This document shows positions 1 through 7,221 of a stretch of 10,221 nt of DNA, piece by piece. The notes under the pieces are model-generated. The model searched no databases. It saw only the letters and a program-made list of their open reading frames with translations, and was not told where the DNA came from. The DNA comes from Candidatus Aenigmatarchaeota archaeon (GTDB taxonomy: Archaea; Aenigmatarchaeota; Aenigmatarchaeia; GW2011-AR5; JAGGXF01): positions 8,015-18,235 of the forward strand of contig JAOZPR010000015.1 in NCBI GenBank assembly GCA_029932645.1, given 5' to 3'. Each line of letters opens with the position of its first letter. The first letter of the stretch is position 1. The translations under genes and the position numbers were made by a program.

Positions 1-66
1 CACCTTAATTTATAATTATTACTTTTGTTCGGAATCATATAAAAAACTTCGGATTTTGTTCGGTCT

Positions 67-600
67 TTACCTAACAAAAACAAACCAGTAAATTGGATAT
101 GTTAGGACAAGCATTATGATTAATGCCTTCAGAAAGAACCACCAGCGCGGCTTTATCAGGTTGTATCTGAAACATAACCATCTAAAAGTGGGGCCGTCCA
201 TGAGTTCGATGCTTTTCTTTCTCGCATATTGTCTGGCGTTTCTTGTGAACGTACTGCTAGTTATGAATATGCCTCTGCGCACGCCAGCATCTTCGAGCTT
301 TGCATAAAAATTTCTGAGTTCTTTGATTCCTACGGGCCGAGACCAGTTTTTGCACTCGACAAAATATTTTCTCTTGAAAAGCCAACTGAATAGCAAACCT
401 TTCTCAGCCTTGATATCAACCTGGTGTTGTCCTGTGTATTTTCCCCGTGTCCACTCTGTGCGATAACCTTTCTTTTTCAAAACTTTTTCGCACGTTGCCT
501 CGAATTCTTTCGGTGTCAGGTCAAACGGATCGCGCCTGCTAAGCGCGTAGAGAGCAGGAAATATTATGAGTGCAAAACTGTAATATAGCATATGCGGCAT
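67..600 (-). CDS. Mrr-like PD-(D/E)XK restriction endonuclease domain protein with N- and C-terminal hydrophobic segments
   Basis: Mrr_cat pattern: 'LTPKEFEATCEKVLKKKGY', 'VDIKAEK...FVECKNWSRPVGIKELRNFY', 'RGIFITSSTFTRNARQYA', 'IELMDG'. Hydrophobic ends 'YYSFALIIFPALYAL' and 'WWFFLKALIIMLVLTYPIYWFVFV'. Alternative ATG at 591. Confidence 0.88.
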   Translation of the reverse strand: MPHMLYYSFALIIFPALYALSRRDPFDLTPKEFEATCEKVLKKKGYRTEWTRGKYTGQHQVDIKAEKGLLFSWLFKRKYFVECKNWSRPVGIKELRNFYAKLEDAGVRRGIFITSSTFTRNARQYARKKSIELMDGPTFRWLCFRYNLIKPRWWFFLKALIIMLVLTYPIYWFVFVR

Positions 601-633
601 AGTAATTTATTCTCAGCCGAAATAAAAATAGAT
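601..633. promoter_or_regulatory. Compact bidirectional archaeal promoter region
   Basis: TTTATT at 606-611 (+) is ~25 nt upstream of ATG 634. AATAAA at 621-626 (TTTATT on -) is ~24 nt upstream of ATG 600. AGTAATTTAT at 601-610 recurs at 922-931. Confidence 0.55.
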
Positions 634-921
634 ATGGACTGGGCGAAAAAGGCGGAAAAATTTCTGAAACCAAACTGGAGAAAGTTTTTCTCTAGTATAG
701 TCTTATTTGTAATCGTTATCTCGTTCATGAGCAATCTAAGTGCTGATCGGGCTCTTTTGATGTTGGGCCTAGCCTATATATATTCATGCCGACTTGACAG
801 AAAACTAGAAAAGAAAGAGCTGCACTCGCCCATGGCCATAATCATTGACCTGTTGGTGTTTTTCATAATCGTATTTCTTGGCATTCTCGCATTGGAGAAA
901 ATGTTCAGCGTTCTTTTGTAA
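634..921 (+). CDS. Small hypothetical membrane protein (about 3 hydrophobic segments, 95 aa)
   Basis: ORF 592..921 overlaps the divergent nuclease start; ATG 634 (MDWAKK) fits the TATA spacing. Basic N-terminus 'FLKPNWRKFF', then 'SIVLFVIVISFM', 'ALLMLGLAYIY', 'AIIIDLLVFFIIVFLGILAL'. Confidence 0.7.
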   Translation: MDWAKKAEKFLKPNWRKFFSSIVLFVIVISFMSNLSADRALLMLGLAYIYSCRLDRKLEKKELHSPMAIIIDLLVFFIIVFLGILALEKMFSVLL

Positions 922-953
922 AGTAATTTATCCTTATGCAGCAAACTATAATC

Positions 954-1358
954 ATGCTAGAAAAAATAACATTCAAAACAAAGCCGGACGAGATTATAGA
1001 CATAACAGATAAAGTACAGAGCGTTGTGAGCAAGTCAAAAAAAGACGAAGGCGCTGTCGTTGTTTTTGTTGCACACTCGACGTGCGCAATAACAACCATA
1101 GAATATGAGCCTGGGCTGAGAAAGGACATGCCAAGCATATTGGACAAAATAGCGCCCAAATCAGCAGATTATGAACACAACAAAACATGGGGAGACGGCA
1201 ACGGCTACAGCCATATCCGGGCATCGCTCATAGGACCAAGTCTCACTGTGCCTTTTGAGCACGGTGAGCTGTGTCTGGGCCAGTGGCAGCAAATCGTGCT
1301 CATGGAACTGGACACGCGACCAAGAGAGCGAACAGTACTGGTAAAAATTACCAGCTAG
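954..1358 (+). CDS. yjbQ: YjbQ/UPF0047 family protein (secondary thiamine-phosphate synthase-like)
   Basis: Motifs 'IIDITDKV', 'VFVAHSTCAITTIEYEPGL', 'YEHNKTWGDGNGYSHIRASLIGPSLTVP', 'LGQWQQIVLMELD..PRER'. Start 954 preferred over 936 because TTTAT at 927-931 lies ~25 nt upstream. Confidence 0.93.
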   Translation: MLEKITFKTKPDEIIDITDKVQSVVSKSKKDEGAVVVFVAHSTCAITTIEYEPGLRKDMPSILDKIAPKSADYEHNKTWGDGNGYSHIRASLIGPSLTVPFEHGELCLGQWQQIVLMELDTRPRERTVLVKITS

Positions 1359-1366
1359 TCGCGGCT

Positions 1367-1380
1367 GAAAAACTTTATAT
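1367..1380 (+). promoter_or_regulatory. BRE/TATA promoter of the antiporter gene
   Basis: A-rich run followed by TTTATA (1374-1379), ~27 nt before ATG 1404; no SD motif, consistent with a leaderless transcript. Confidence 0.6.
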
Positions 1381-1403
1381 TTTATCAATATAATTAATAG
1401 CAT

Positions 1404-2690
1404 ATGGACACCACAACAGCTTTTGGACTTCTTATGCTGTTCAGCACAACTGTAATTATAGGCTATATCGGGTCGCTGATTTTTGAGAAAACCAAGATTC
1501 CTGATGCAGTGTGGCTTTTGCTCTTTGGTGTGCTAATCGGGCCTTTTCTGGGTATGATAAGTAGGCAGAGTTTTATTGCATTTTCTCCGCTGTTGTCTGC
1601 CATAGCAATTGTGATAATACTTTTTGATGCGGGTCTCAACATGAACTTTTATCAGGTTGTTAGGGAATTTCCAAGAAGTATCCTGCTCGCTTTGTTGGGA
1701 ATAGGTTTTTCCATGCTTTGCGTGGGCTTGCTCGCCCAAACCTTCTTTGGTTTCAGCATGTTGCAGGGCCTGCTCCTGGGTGCAATTGTCGGCGGAATAA
1801 GTAGCCCTGTGGTTATATCCATAACCAAGGGCTTAAAAATCAAGGAGTCTGTAAAGACGTTGCTAAATCTTGAATCTGTTTTCACAGACCCGCTATGTAT
1901 TATTATCTCCATAGTCATAATAGAAACGATAGTATCAAGTATTTCCGGTTCTGTCATTGTGCACAATATATTCAGTGCTTTTTCCATCGGAGCGGTTGTA
2001 GGTATATTAGCAGGCCTTATTTGGCTTTTCGTGCTTGACCTTCTCAAGCAAAAACCATTCGATTACATGCTCACACTGGCTATACTTTTCGTGTTGTATG
2101 TGTTCACAGAAACCATTGGTGGCAGTGGTGCGATAGTGGCGCTGTTCTTCGGTCTTGTGCTTGGTAATGCAAAAGTGTTTTCAAGCATACTAAAACTAGA
2201 TAAAGAGCTCAAGCTTGACTATCTCATGAAAAGATTTCAGAGCGAAATCTCATTTTTCGTTCGGTCGTTTTTCTTCGTGTTTTTGGGTGCGATAGTTATG
2301 ATAAACCAGGCGCTTCTTGTTTACGCTATTATCATCTCCGCCACCCTGGTCGCCATCAGATTCGTGGTTGTTCAAATAAGCACAATTAAAATGAATCTGG
2401 CTAGACCAGAAATGAATACGGTGCGGGTTATGGCAGCAAGAGGGCTGGCTGCTGCGGTACTTGCGCAGCTGCCTCTGGCATATAACTTGCCCGGAGCCGA
2501 GATATTTCCAGATGTGGTATTCGTGGTTATACTGACAACTGTCATATATACAACATTCGCGATAAAGTTTTCTTTCATGAAAACAGCAGAAGAGAAGGAA
2601 AAAGAACAAAAAGGTGAGAAAGAAGAGACTGTGTCTAAAAAAGTAAACGAAATCCTGGCGGCAAAGGAGAAAAAAGAAGCTGAGAGATGA
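1404..2690 (+). CDS. Cation:proton antiporter, CPA1/NhaP-like (Na+ or K+/H+ exchanger)
   Basis: About 13 hydrophobic segments. Motifs 'KIPDAVWLLLFGVLIGP', 'IILFDAGLNM', 'LLNLESVFTDP', 'GGSGAIVALFFGLVLGN', 'EISFFVRSFFFVFLG', 'ARGLAAAVLA'. Glu/Lys-rich C-terminal tail. Confidence 0.92.
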   Translation: MDTTTAFGLLMLFSTTVIIGYIGSLIFEKTKIPDAVWLLLFGVLIGPFLGMISRQSFIAFSPLLSAIAIVIILFDAGLNMNFYQVVREFPRSILLALLGIGFSMLCVGLLAQTFFGFSMLQGLLLGAIVGGISSPVVISITKGLKIKESVKTLLNLESVFTDPLCIIISIVIIETIVSSISGSVIVHNIFSAFSIGAVVGILAGLIWLFVLDLLKQKPFDYMLTLAILFVLYVFTETIGGSGAIVALFFGLVLGNAKVFSSILKLDKELKLDYLMKRFQSEISFFVRSFFFVFLGAIVMINQALLVYAIIISATLVAIRFVVVQISTIKMNLARPEMNTVRVMAARGLAAAVLAQLPLAYNLPGAEIFPDVVFVVILTTVIYTTFAIKFSFMKTAEEKEKEQKGEKEETVSKKVNEILAAKEKKEAER

Positions 2691-2695
2691 TTTTT
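2691..2695 (+). terminator. Possible oligo-T terminator of the antiporter gene
   Basis: TTTTT immediately after the TGA stop and before the next promoter. Confidence 0.3.
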
Positions 2696-2710
2696 ACCCA
2701 AAGCAAGGCA

Positions 2711-2722
2711 AAGCTTTATATT
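2711..2722 (+). promoter_or_regulatory. BRE/TATA promoter of the por-like operon
   Basis: AAAGC-TTTATA-T, with TTTATA at 2716-2721, ~25 nt before ATG 2744. Confidence 0.62.
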
Positions 2723-2743
2723 ATTTCTTAATAAAGATAGACT

Positions 2744-3268
2744 ATGTTTACCATTCGCATTCATGGCAGGGCTGGCCAGGGATGTCATAAAGCTGCAAAA
2801 ATCATAGGAAGGGCGGCATTCTTATCAGGTTATTATGTACAGGACTCTGTTGTGTATGGACCAGAGCGCCGCGGCGCGCCTGTAGAAAGTTTTGTCAGAA
2901 TAGACAACAAGCCTATTACCGAAAGAGGGTTCATAATCAATCCGGACTTTATATTAATCTTTGACGACAGCCTAGAATATAAAACAATTTTACAGGACTG
3001 CTCTGAATCAATGCTCATAATAAATACAAAAATGCCCAAGAAGAAATTTCAAAAGTTTGTAAAGAGCATTTCTGTTATAGATGCTAACGACTTGTCGAAA
3101 GAAATTCTCGGTGAGACCTTGCCAAATACAATGATGCTTGGTGCGCTTGTTAAAAAATTTAACAAGCTTTCACTAAAGGTGATTGAAAAGGCTATTGACA
3201 TAGAAATAGGGGAGTTAAAAACAGAGAATAAAGAAGCCCTGCATCAAGGATATAAAAAGGTCAGATAA
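2744..3268 (+). CDS. porC: Pyruvate/2-oxoacid:ferredoxin oxidoreductase gamma subunit (divergent)
   Basis: 'IRIHGRAGQG' (canonical HGRGGQG), 'YGPERRGAPVESFVRID..PI', 'PNTMMLGAL'; first gene in gamma-delta-alpha-beta order. Confidence 0.9.
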   Translation: MFTIRIHGRAGQGCHKAAKIIGRAAFLSGYYVQDSVVYGPERRGAPVESFVRIDNKPITERGFIINPDFILIFDDSLEYKTILQDCSESMLIINTKMPKKKFQKFVKSISVIDANDLSKEILGETLPNTMMLGALVKKFNKLSLKVIEKAIDIEIGELKTENKEALHQGYKKVR

Positions 3269-3301
3269 AAGCATAAAGCCAGAGATTATAATGTGATAAC
3301 A

Positions 3302-3571
3302 ATGCGAGAAACACAAAAAATAAAATATGCTGGGAAGGCTGGCATTGGTTTTTCCAGAATAGCAGAACCGCGAAATATCGGCAGAAAAATAAAAAAGCTG
3401 AAAATAAATAAAAAGGCATGCACCAAGTGTCTTGTCTGCTATGCCCTTTGTCCAGAAGCCGCTATTAAAATCGCTGATGCATACCCTGTTATAGATTATC
3501 ATAAGTGTAATGGCTGTCTGATTTGTCTGAGAGAATGTCCAGACACGGCAATAGAAGAGGTAAGTGACTAA
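3302..3571 (+). CDS. porD: 2-oxoacid:ferredoxin oxidoreductase delta subunit, 2x[4Fe-4S] ferredoxin-like
   Basis: Two CxxCxxCxxxCP motifs (CTKCLVCYALCP, CNGCLICLRECP), located between gamma and alpha. ATG 3302 follows SD-like GTGAT; GTG 3293 is the alternative start. Confidence 0.88.
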   Translation: MRETQKIKYAGKAGIGFSRIAEPRNIGRKIKKLKINKKACTKCLVCYALCPEAAIKIADAYPVIDYHKCNGCLICLRECPDTAIEEVSD

Positions 3572-3572
3572 G

Positions 3573-4733
3573 ATGCCAACAAAAGGTGATTTATTAAGTG
3601 GGAGCGAAGCTGTTGTATTAGCCACCCAACTAGCGCATGTTCAGTGTGCACCTATGTATCCGATGATACCACAAGATGATATTGTTGAGCACCTATCTAA
3701 GCTACATGCTGAGCAACTAACAAGACCGACAAAAAAACAAACACCCATAGGGTTCTTCACGACAGAATCACCTAGTGCGGAACTCAGCGCAGCTATAGCA
3801 TCAGCTGCTACCGGCATTAGAACCTTCACCGCATCAACAGGGCCGTCGCTTGAAGCAATGAAAGAATTGATGTATGTTGCATCAGCCATGCGAATACCCC
3901 TTGTTATGGCAAACGTTTCCCGTTCGCTGGCTCCAGCCAATATCTGGAATGACCACACAGACATATTGTCCTGTAGGGATACGGGCTGGATAATATTTAT
4001 GACATCCAACAACCAAGAGGCTCTTGATACAATTATACAGACATATAAGATAGCTGAGAATCATAAGGTGTTGTTGCCTGCCATTGTCAATATAGATGCG
4101 TTTTTCCAAAGCCATACAAGAGAAAACGTGTTTGTGCCCTCTGAGAGGTCAATAGACAGCTTCTTACCCAAGTTAAAATTGTCTGTCTCTCTGGACATTT
4201 CTAACCCAGTATCTCTTAATCCACCTGTAAAATCAGAGTATATGGAATTCAAAGCACAACAGCATATTGCAATGAAAAATGCTGAAAAGATAATAAGAAA
4301 TATAGATGAAGAATGGGATAGAAAGTTCCACAGAAGATATGGCCTAATAGAAAGGTTTCATATGGAAGATGCTGATTATGCTATTGTAGTTGCCGGCACA
4401 GCTTCTGAAATAGCCAAGTCAGCTGTGTCAGAACTTCGTTCACAGGGTGAGAAGGTCGGTTTGCTGAGGCCCCGTGTTATAAGGCCTTGGCCAAAAAATG
4501 ATATAAGAGAGTCTCTGAAAGATGTAAAAAGAATAGCTGTTGTTGACCAGGATTTCATGCCAGGCTCTGGTGGTGTGTTATATCAGGAGGTTCGGGCCTC
4601 GCTGCCTGCAAACATATTTTGTACCAACTTTATAGCTGGTCTCGGCGGTCAAAGAATATCAAAAAAAGATTTTCTGGATATTTACAAACGACTGAAAGAG
4701 TCTGAAAAAGAGGAAGAGGTTTGGCTGTTATGA
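3573..4733 (+). CDS. porA: Pyruvate/2-oxoacid:ferredoxin oxidoreductase alpha subunit (divergent active site)
   Basis: 'SGSEAV', 'YPMIPQ', 'GIRTFTAST', 'RIPLVMANVSRSL', 'NIWNDHTD', 'RDTGWI', 'GEKVGLLRPRVIRPWP', 'IAGLGG'. ATG 3573 lies just after the delta stop; GTG 3564 is the alternative start. Confidence 0.9.
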   Translation: MPTKGDLLSGSEAVVLATQLAHVQCAPMYPMIPQDDIVEHLSKLHAEQLTRPTKKQTPIGFFTTESPSAELSAAIASAATGIRTFTASTGPSLEAMKELMYVASAMRIPLVMANVSRSLAPANIWNDHTDILSCRDTGWIIFMTSNNQEALDTIIQTYKIAENHKVLLPAIVNIDAFFQSHTRENVFVPSERSIDSFLPKLKLSVSLDISNPVSLNPPVKSEYMEFKAQQHIAMKNAEKIIRNIDEEWDRKFHRRYGLIERFHMEDADYAIVVAGTASEIAKSAVSELRSQGEKVGLLRPRVIRPWPKNDIRESLKDVKRIAVVDQDFMPGSGGVLYQEVRASLPANIFCTNFIAGLGGQRISKKDFLDIYKRLKESEKEEEVWLL

Positions 4734-5632
4734 ACGAGAACGAGCAAAGCGAAAAAATACAATCCTTAAATGACCTGCCAAAAAAGGATTTTTTTATAGG
4801 CGGCAGTAATGCCTGCCCAGGATGCGGAGCATTGATAGGGCTGAAACTCGCGCTGAAGGTTTTAGAAAAAAACACTATTGTCGTAAGTTCATTCGGTTGT
4901 GTAACATTACTAACAACCTATCCAAAAACCGCATTTAAGGTTCCCTTCATTCATATTCCATCTGAATCTGTTGCAGCCGCATCTGGTATATGGCACGCAC
5001 TGAAATCAGCTGGTAAGGATGCAAATATATTATGTTATGTTGGTGATGGGGCAACATATGATTCTGGCTTGCAGGCTTTGTCTGCTGCTGCGACGAGAAA
5101 AGATAATATAATATACATCTGCTACAACAACCAAAGTTATACAGGACACCACAGAAGCTCAGCAACGCCATATGGGGCAAAAACAACAACGACGCCACTT
5201 GGTTCGGTTGTGTTCAGAAAGTCTTTGGCAAAGATTATGGCTTCTCATAATCTGCATTATATTGCTACGGCCAATGTCGCCTATCCGATGGACTTTATAA
5301 AAAAATTGCAAAAGGCGCTGTCTTTTCCAGGTGTTAAGTTCATAGACCTGCTAACACCATGCCCTATTGGTTGGGGATTTGACTCGTCAAACACGATAGA
5401 AGTTGGACGAATGGCTGTACAGACAGGTGTGTGGCCTCTATACGAGATAGAAAACAAAAAATTCTCTCTGACCGTGGCCCCCCAAAGACTTGAACCAGTG
5501 GAACAGTATTTTGTCATGCAGAAAAGATTTTCAGAACTAAAATCAGGTCAAAAAGAGCGCATACAGGAGCATATCAAAAAGGAGTGGAAACAGCTTCTTC
5601 ACAACAAATACTGGGACGTCGCAGAATACTAG
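4730..5632 (+). CDS. porB: Pyruvate/2-oxoacid:ferredoxin oxidoreductase beta subunit (ThDP-binding, divergent)
   Basis: 'ACPGCG', 'FGCV', ThDP motif 'GDGATYDSGLQAL...ICYNNQSY', 'RSSATPYGAKTTTTP', 'TPCPIGW', 'AVQTGVWPLYEIEN', 'QKRF'. ATGA overlap with the alpha stop at 4730-4733. Confidence 0.92.
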   Translation: MNENEQSEKIQSLNDLPKKDFFIGGSNACPGCGALIGLKLALKVLEKNTIVVSSFGCVTLLTTYPKTAFKVPFIHIPSESVAAASGIWHALKSAGKDANILCYVGDGATYDSGLQALSAAATRKDNIIYICYNNQSYTGHHRSSATPYGAKTTTTPLGSVVFRKSLAKIMASHNLHYIATANVAYPMDFIKKLQKALSFPGVKFIDLLTPCPIGWGFDSSNTIEVGRMAVQTGVWPLYEIENKKFSLTVAPQRLEPVEQYFVMQKRFSELKSGQKERIQEHIKKEWKQLLHNKYWDVAEY

Positions 5633-6300
5633 TGTTCATATAATGTTTCTATGCTTCTTAGTTTATTTTTTACTTCATTAACATACTTGTGAGCCAGTCT
5701 TGTTGGCTCTGGCAATCGATACCCTGCAAGACAATGTTTTACTATCACAACCGAACTCTCAAGAGAAACCATATGACCTGATGATATGAAAATCGGTTTG
5801 CAACCGATTTTTGACACAAGCCTGTAACCTATCTTCTCATCATTCATAACTATATGATCACCTTTTTGCTCGCCACACAACAAACTCTTTGCCACGCCAA
5901 TAGTCGGTCTATTCAACAGTACACCAACATGGCTTGCCAAGCCAATGCGACGCGGGTGTAAAATACCATTTGCATCTATCATCAAGATGTCTGGCCTCAG
6001 CTTCAGCTTCTTGTATGCTTTTATAATGGCTGGCCCTTCTCTAAAACTAAGAAACCCTGGAATATATGGAAATGTCACTTTTGTTCTGATGTGTATTTTT
6101 TCAACAGGCTGTAGTGTTTTATAGTCGAGAACAACAATACCAGATATAATTGTGTCCTTGTCAGGAAATGCCTGGTCAATGCCAGCAATATAATTTATAC
6201 TAGCCATATCAAACCTGTCTTCTATAATTACCTTTTTTGCTAATTCTTTCTGCTTTTTCACGAGCTTATCCAGCTCTGTGACATTCACATTATTATTCAT
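5629..6300 (-). CDS. nfi: Endonuclease V (inosine/deoxyinosine 3' endonuclease)
   Basis: 'IAGIDQAF', wedge motif 'FPYIPGFLSFREGP', 'LMIDANGILHPRRIGLASHVG', 'PTIGVAKS', 'PIFISSGH', 'RLPEPTRLAH'. Confidence 0.95.
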   Translation of the reverse strand: MNNNVNVTELDKLVKKQKELAKKVIIEDRFDMASINYIAGIDQAFPDKDTIISGIVVLDYKTLQPVEKIHIRTKVTFPYIPGFLSFREGPAIIKAYKKLKLRPDILMIDANGILHPRRIGLASHVGVLLNRPTIGVAKSLLCGEQKGDHIVMNDEKIGYRLVSKIGCKPIFISSGHMVSLESSVVIVKHCLAGYRLPEPTRLAHKYVNEVKNKLRSIETLYEH

Positions 6301-6318
6301 GTTATCAAGCCTATGGAA

Positions 6319-7221
6319 TTAACAAACATAATTCAGACCGAGTTTGTCAGCCAGCTCAGTCGCCCTCTTGTGCTCATCTCCCAAGAATTTATTTATCTCT
6401 TGATATTCTTTGGCTTTGTATTGTGGCCTGTACTGTGACATTATATTCACAATGGCTTTTGGTGTGTTCTCAGCAGCCCATTCCAAGACTGGTTTTGCGC
6501 AGCAATCAAAATGATTAGGCAGGACAAGATGCCTTATCACCAGCTCAGCGTCCTTATAGGCAAGTTTATGGTTTCTTGAGACCACAGAAAAATAATTCTT
6601 AACTTTCGAAAGTCGCTCAGCGCATTTATCATTACCGTATTTGAAATCTGAAAGATAAACATCAACTATGCCATCCAACAAGTCCATGCTTTTCTCTGTC
6701 ATGTAAAAATTGGAGTTCCAGACAATTGGTATGTTTCTGTTTAGATGTTTCAAGACCTCTAAGATATACAGTAGGTTTGGTGTTGGTTCACCACCAACAA
6801 AGTTTACATTCCTAATATTCCTCTGCAGTTCGATTACTCTTGCCAGTTCCTTTGGCTCAAGAAAAAATCCTTTCTCATATCTCTGTGATATGCTCCAGTT
6901 TTGGCAATACTGACAATGAAAATTACAGCCAATAAAAAAGATTGTAAAACTTGGCACAAAAAACGGCTCTTCTCCCATGTGCCTGAAATAGGACGATATC
7001 TCTGGTTCGGTTCCAACACCACAAAAGCCTTTCTCGCCTTTTTTGCGGTTTACCCCACAACGTCTCTCACAAAGTTCGCATCTCTCTAAAATTTTTCTGG
7101 CCTGTTTTATTTTTTCATCAAGAAATTTAGTAACTAAGAATCTGGCCTTAGCTTTACCATCTAAAATCTTATAATACCGTGGCAAGAACATCTTATAATT
7201 TTCATGGTCTTCCAACATCAT
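6319..7221 (-). CDS. PflX-like radical SAM protein (COG1313 type)
   Basis: N-terminal 'CELCERRCGVNR...GFCG', 'HMGEEP', radical SAM motif 'GCNFHCQYCQNWSISQ', 'NVNFVGGEPTP', 'PIVWNSNFY', 'DVYLSDFKYGNDKCA', 'IRHLVLPNH', 'VNIMSQYRP'. ATGA overlap with the upstream gene. Confidence 0.92.
   Translation of the reverse strand: MMLEDHENYKMFLPRYYKILDGKAKARFLVTKFLDEKIKQARKILERCELCERRCGVNRKKGEKGFCGVGTEPEISSYFRHMGEEPFFVPSFTIFFIGCNFHCQYCQNWSISQRYEKGFFLEPKELARVIELQRNIRNVNFVGGEPTPNLLYILEVLKHLNRNIPIVWNSNFYMTEKSMDLLDGIVDVYLSDFKYGNDKCAERLSKVKNYFSVVSRNHKLAYKDAELVIRHLVLPNHFDCCAKPVLEWAAENTPKAIVNIMSQYRPQYKAKEYQEINKFLGDEHKRATELADKLGLNYVC

Noticed and set aside
592..633. Upstream start for the small membrane protein
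   Set aside because: It would overlap the divergent gene start and run through the promoter elements.
2744..5632. por operon as pseudogenes or selenocysteine-recoded genes
   Set aside because: All frames are full-length with no internal TGA or frameshift, and promoter and coupling signals are intact.
6319..7221. True pyruvate formate-lyase activase linked to the por/acs genes
   Set aside because: The motifs match the uncharacterised PflX group rather than PflA, and no glycyl-radical enzyme is in the window.
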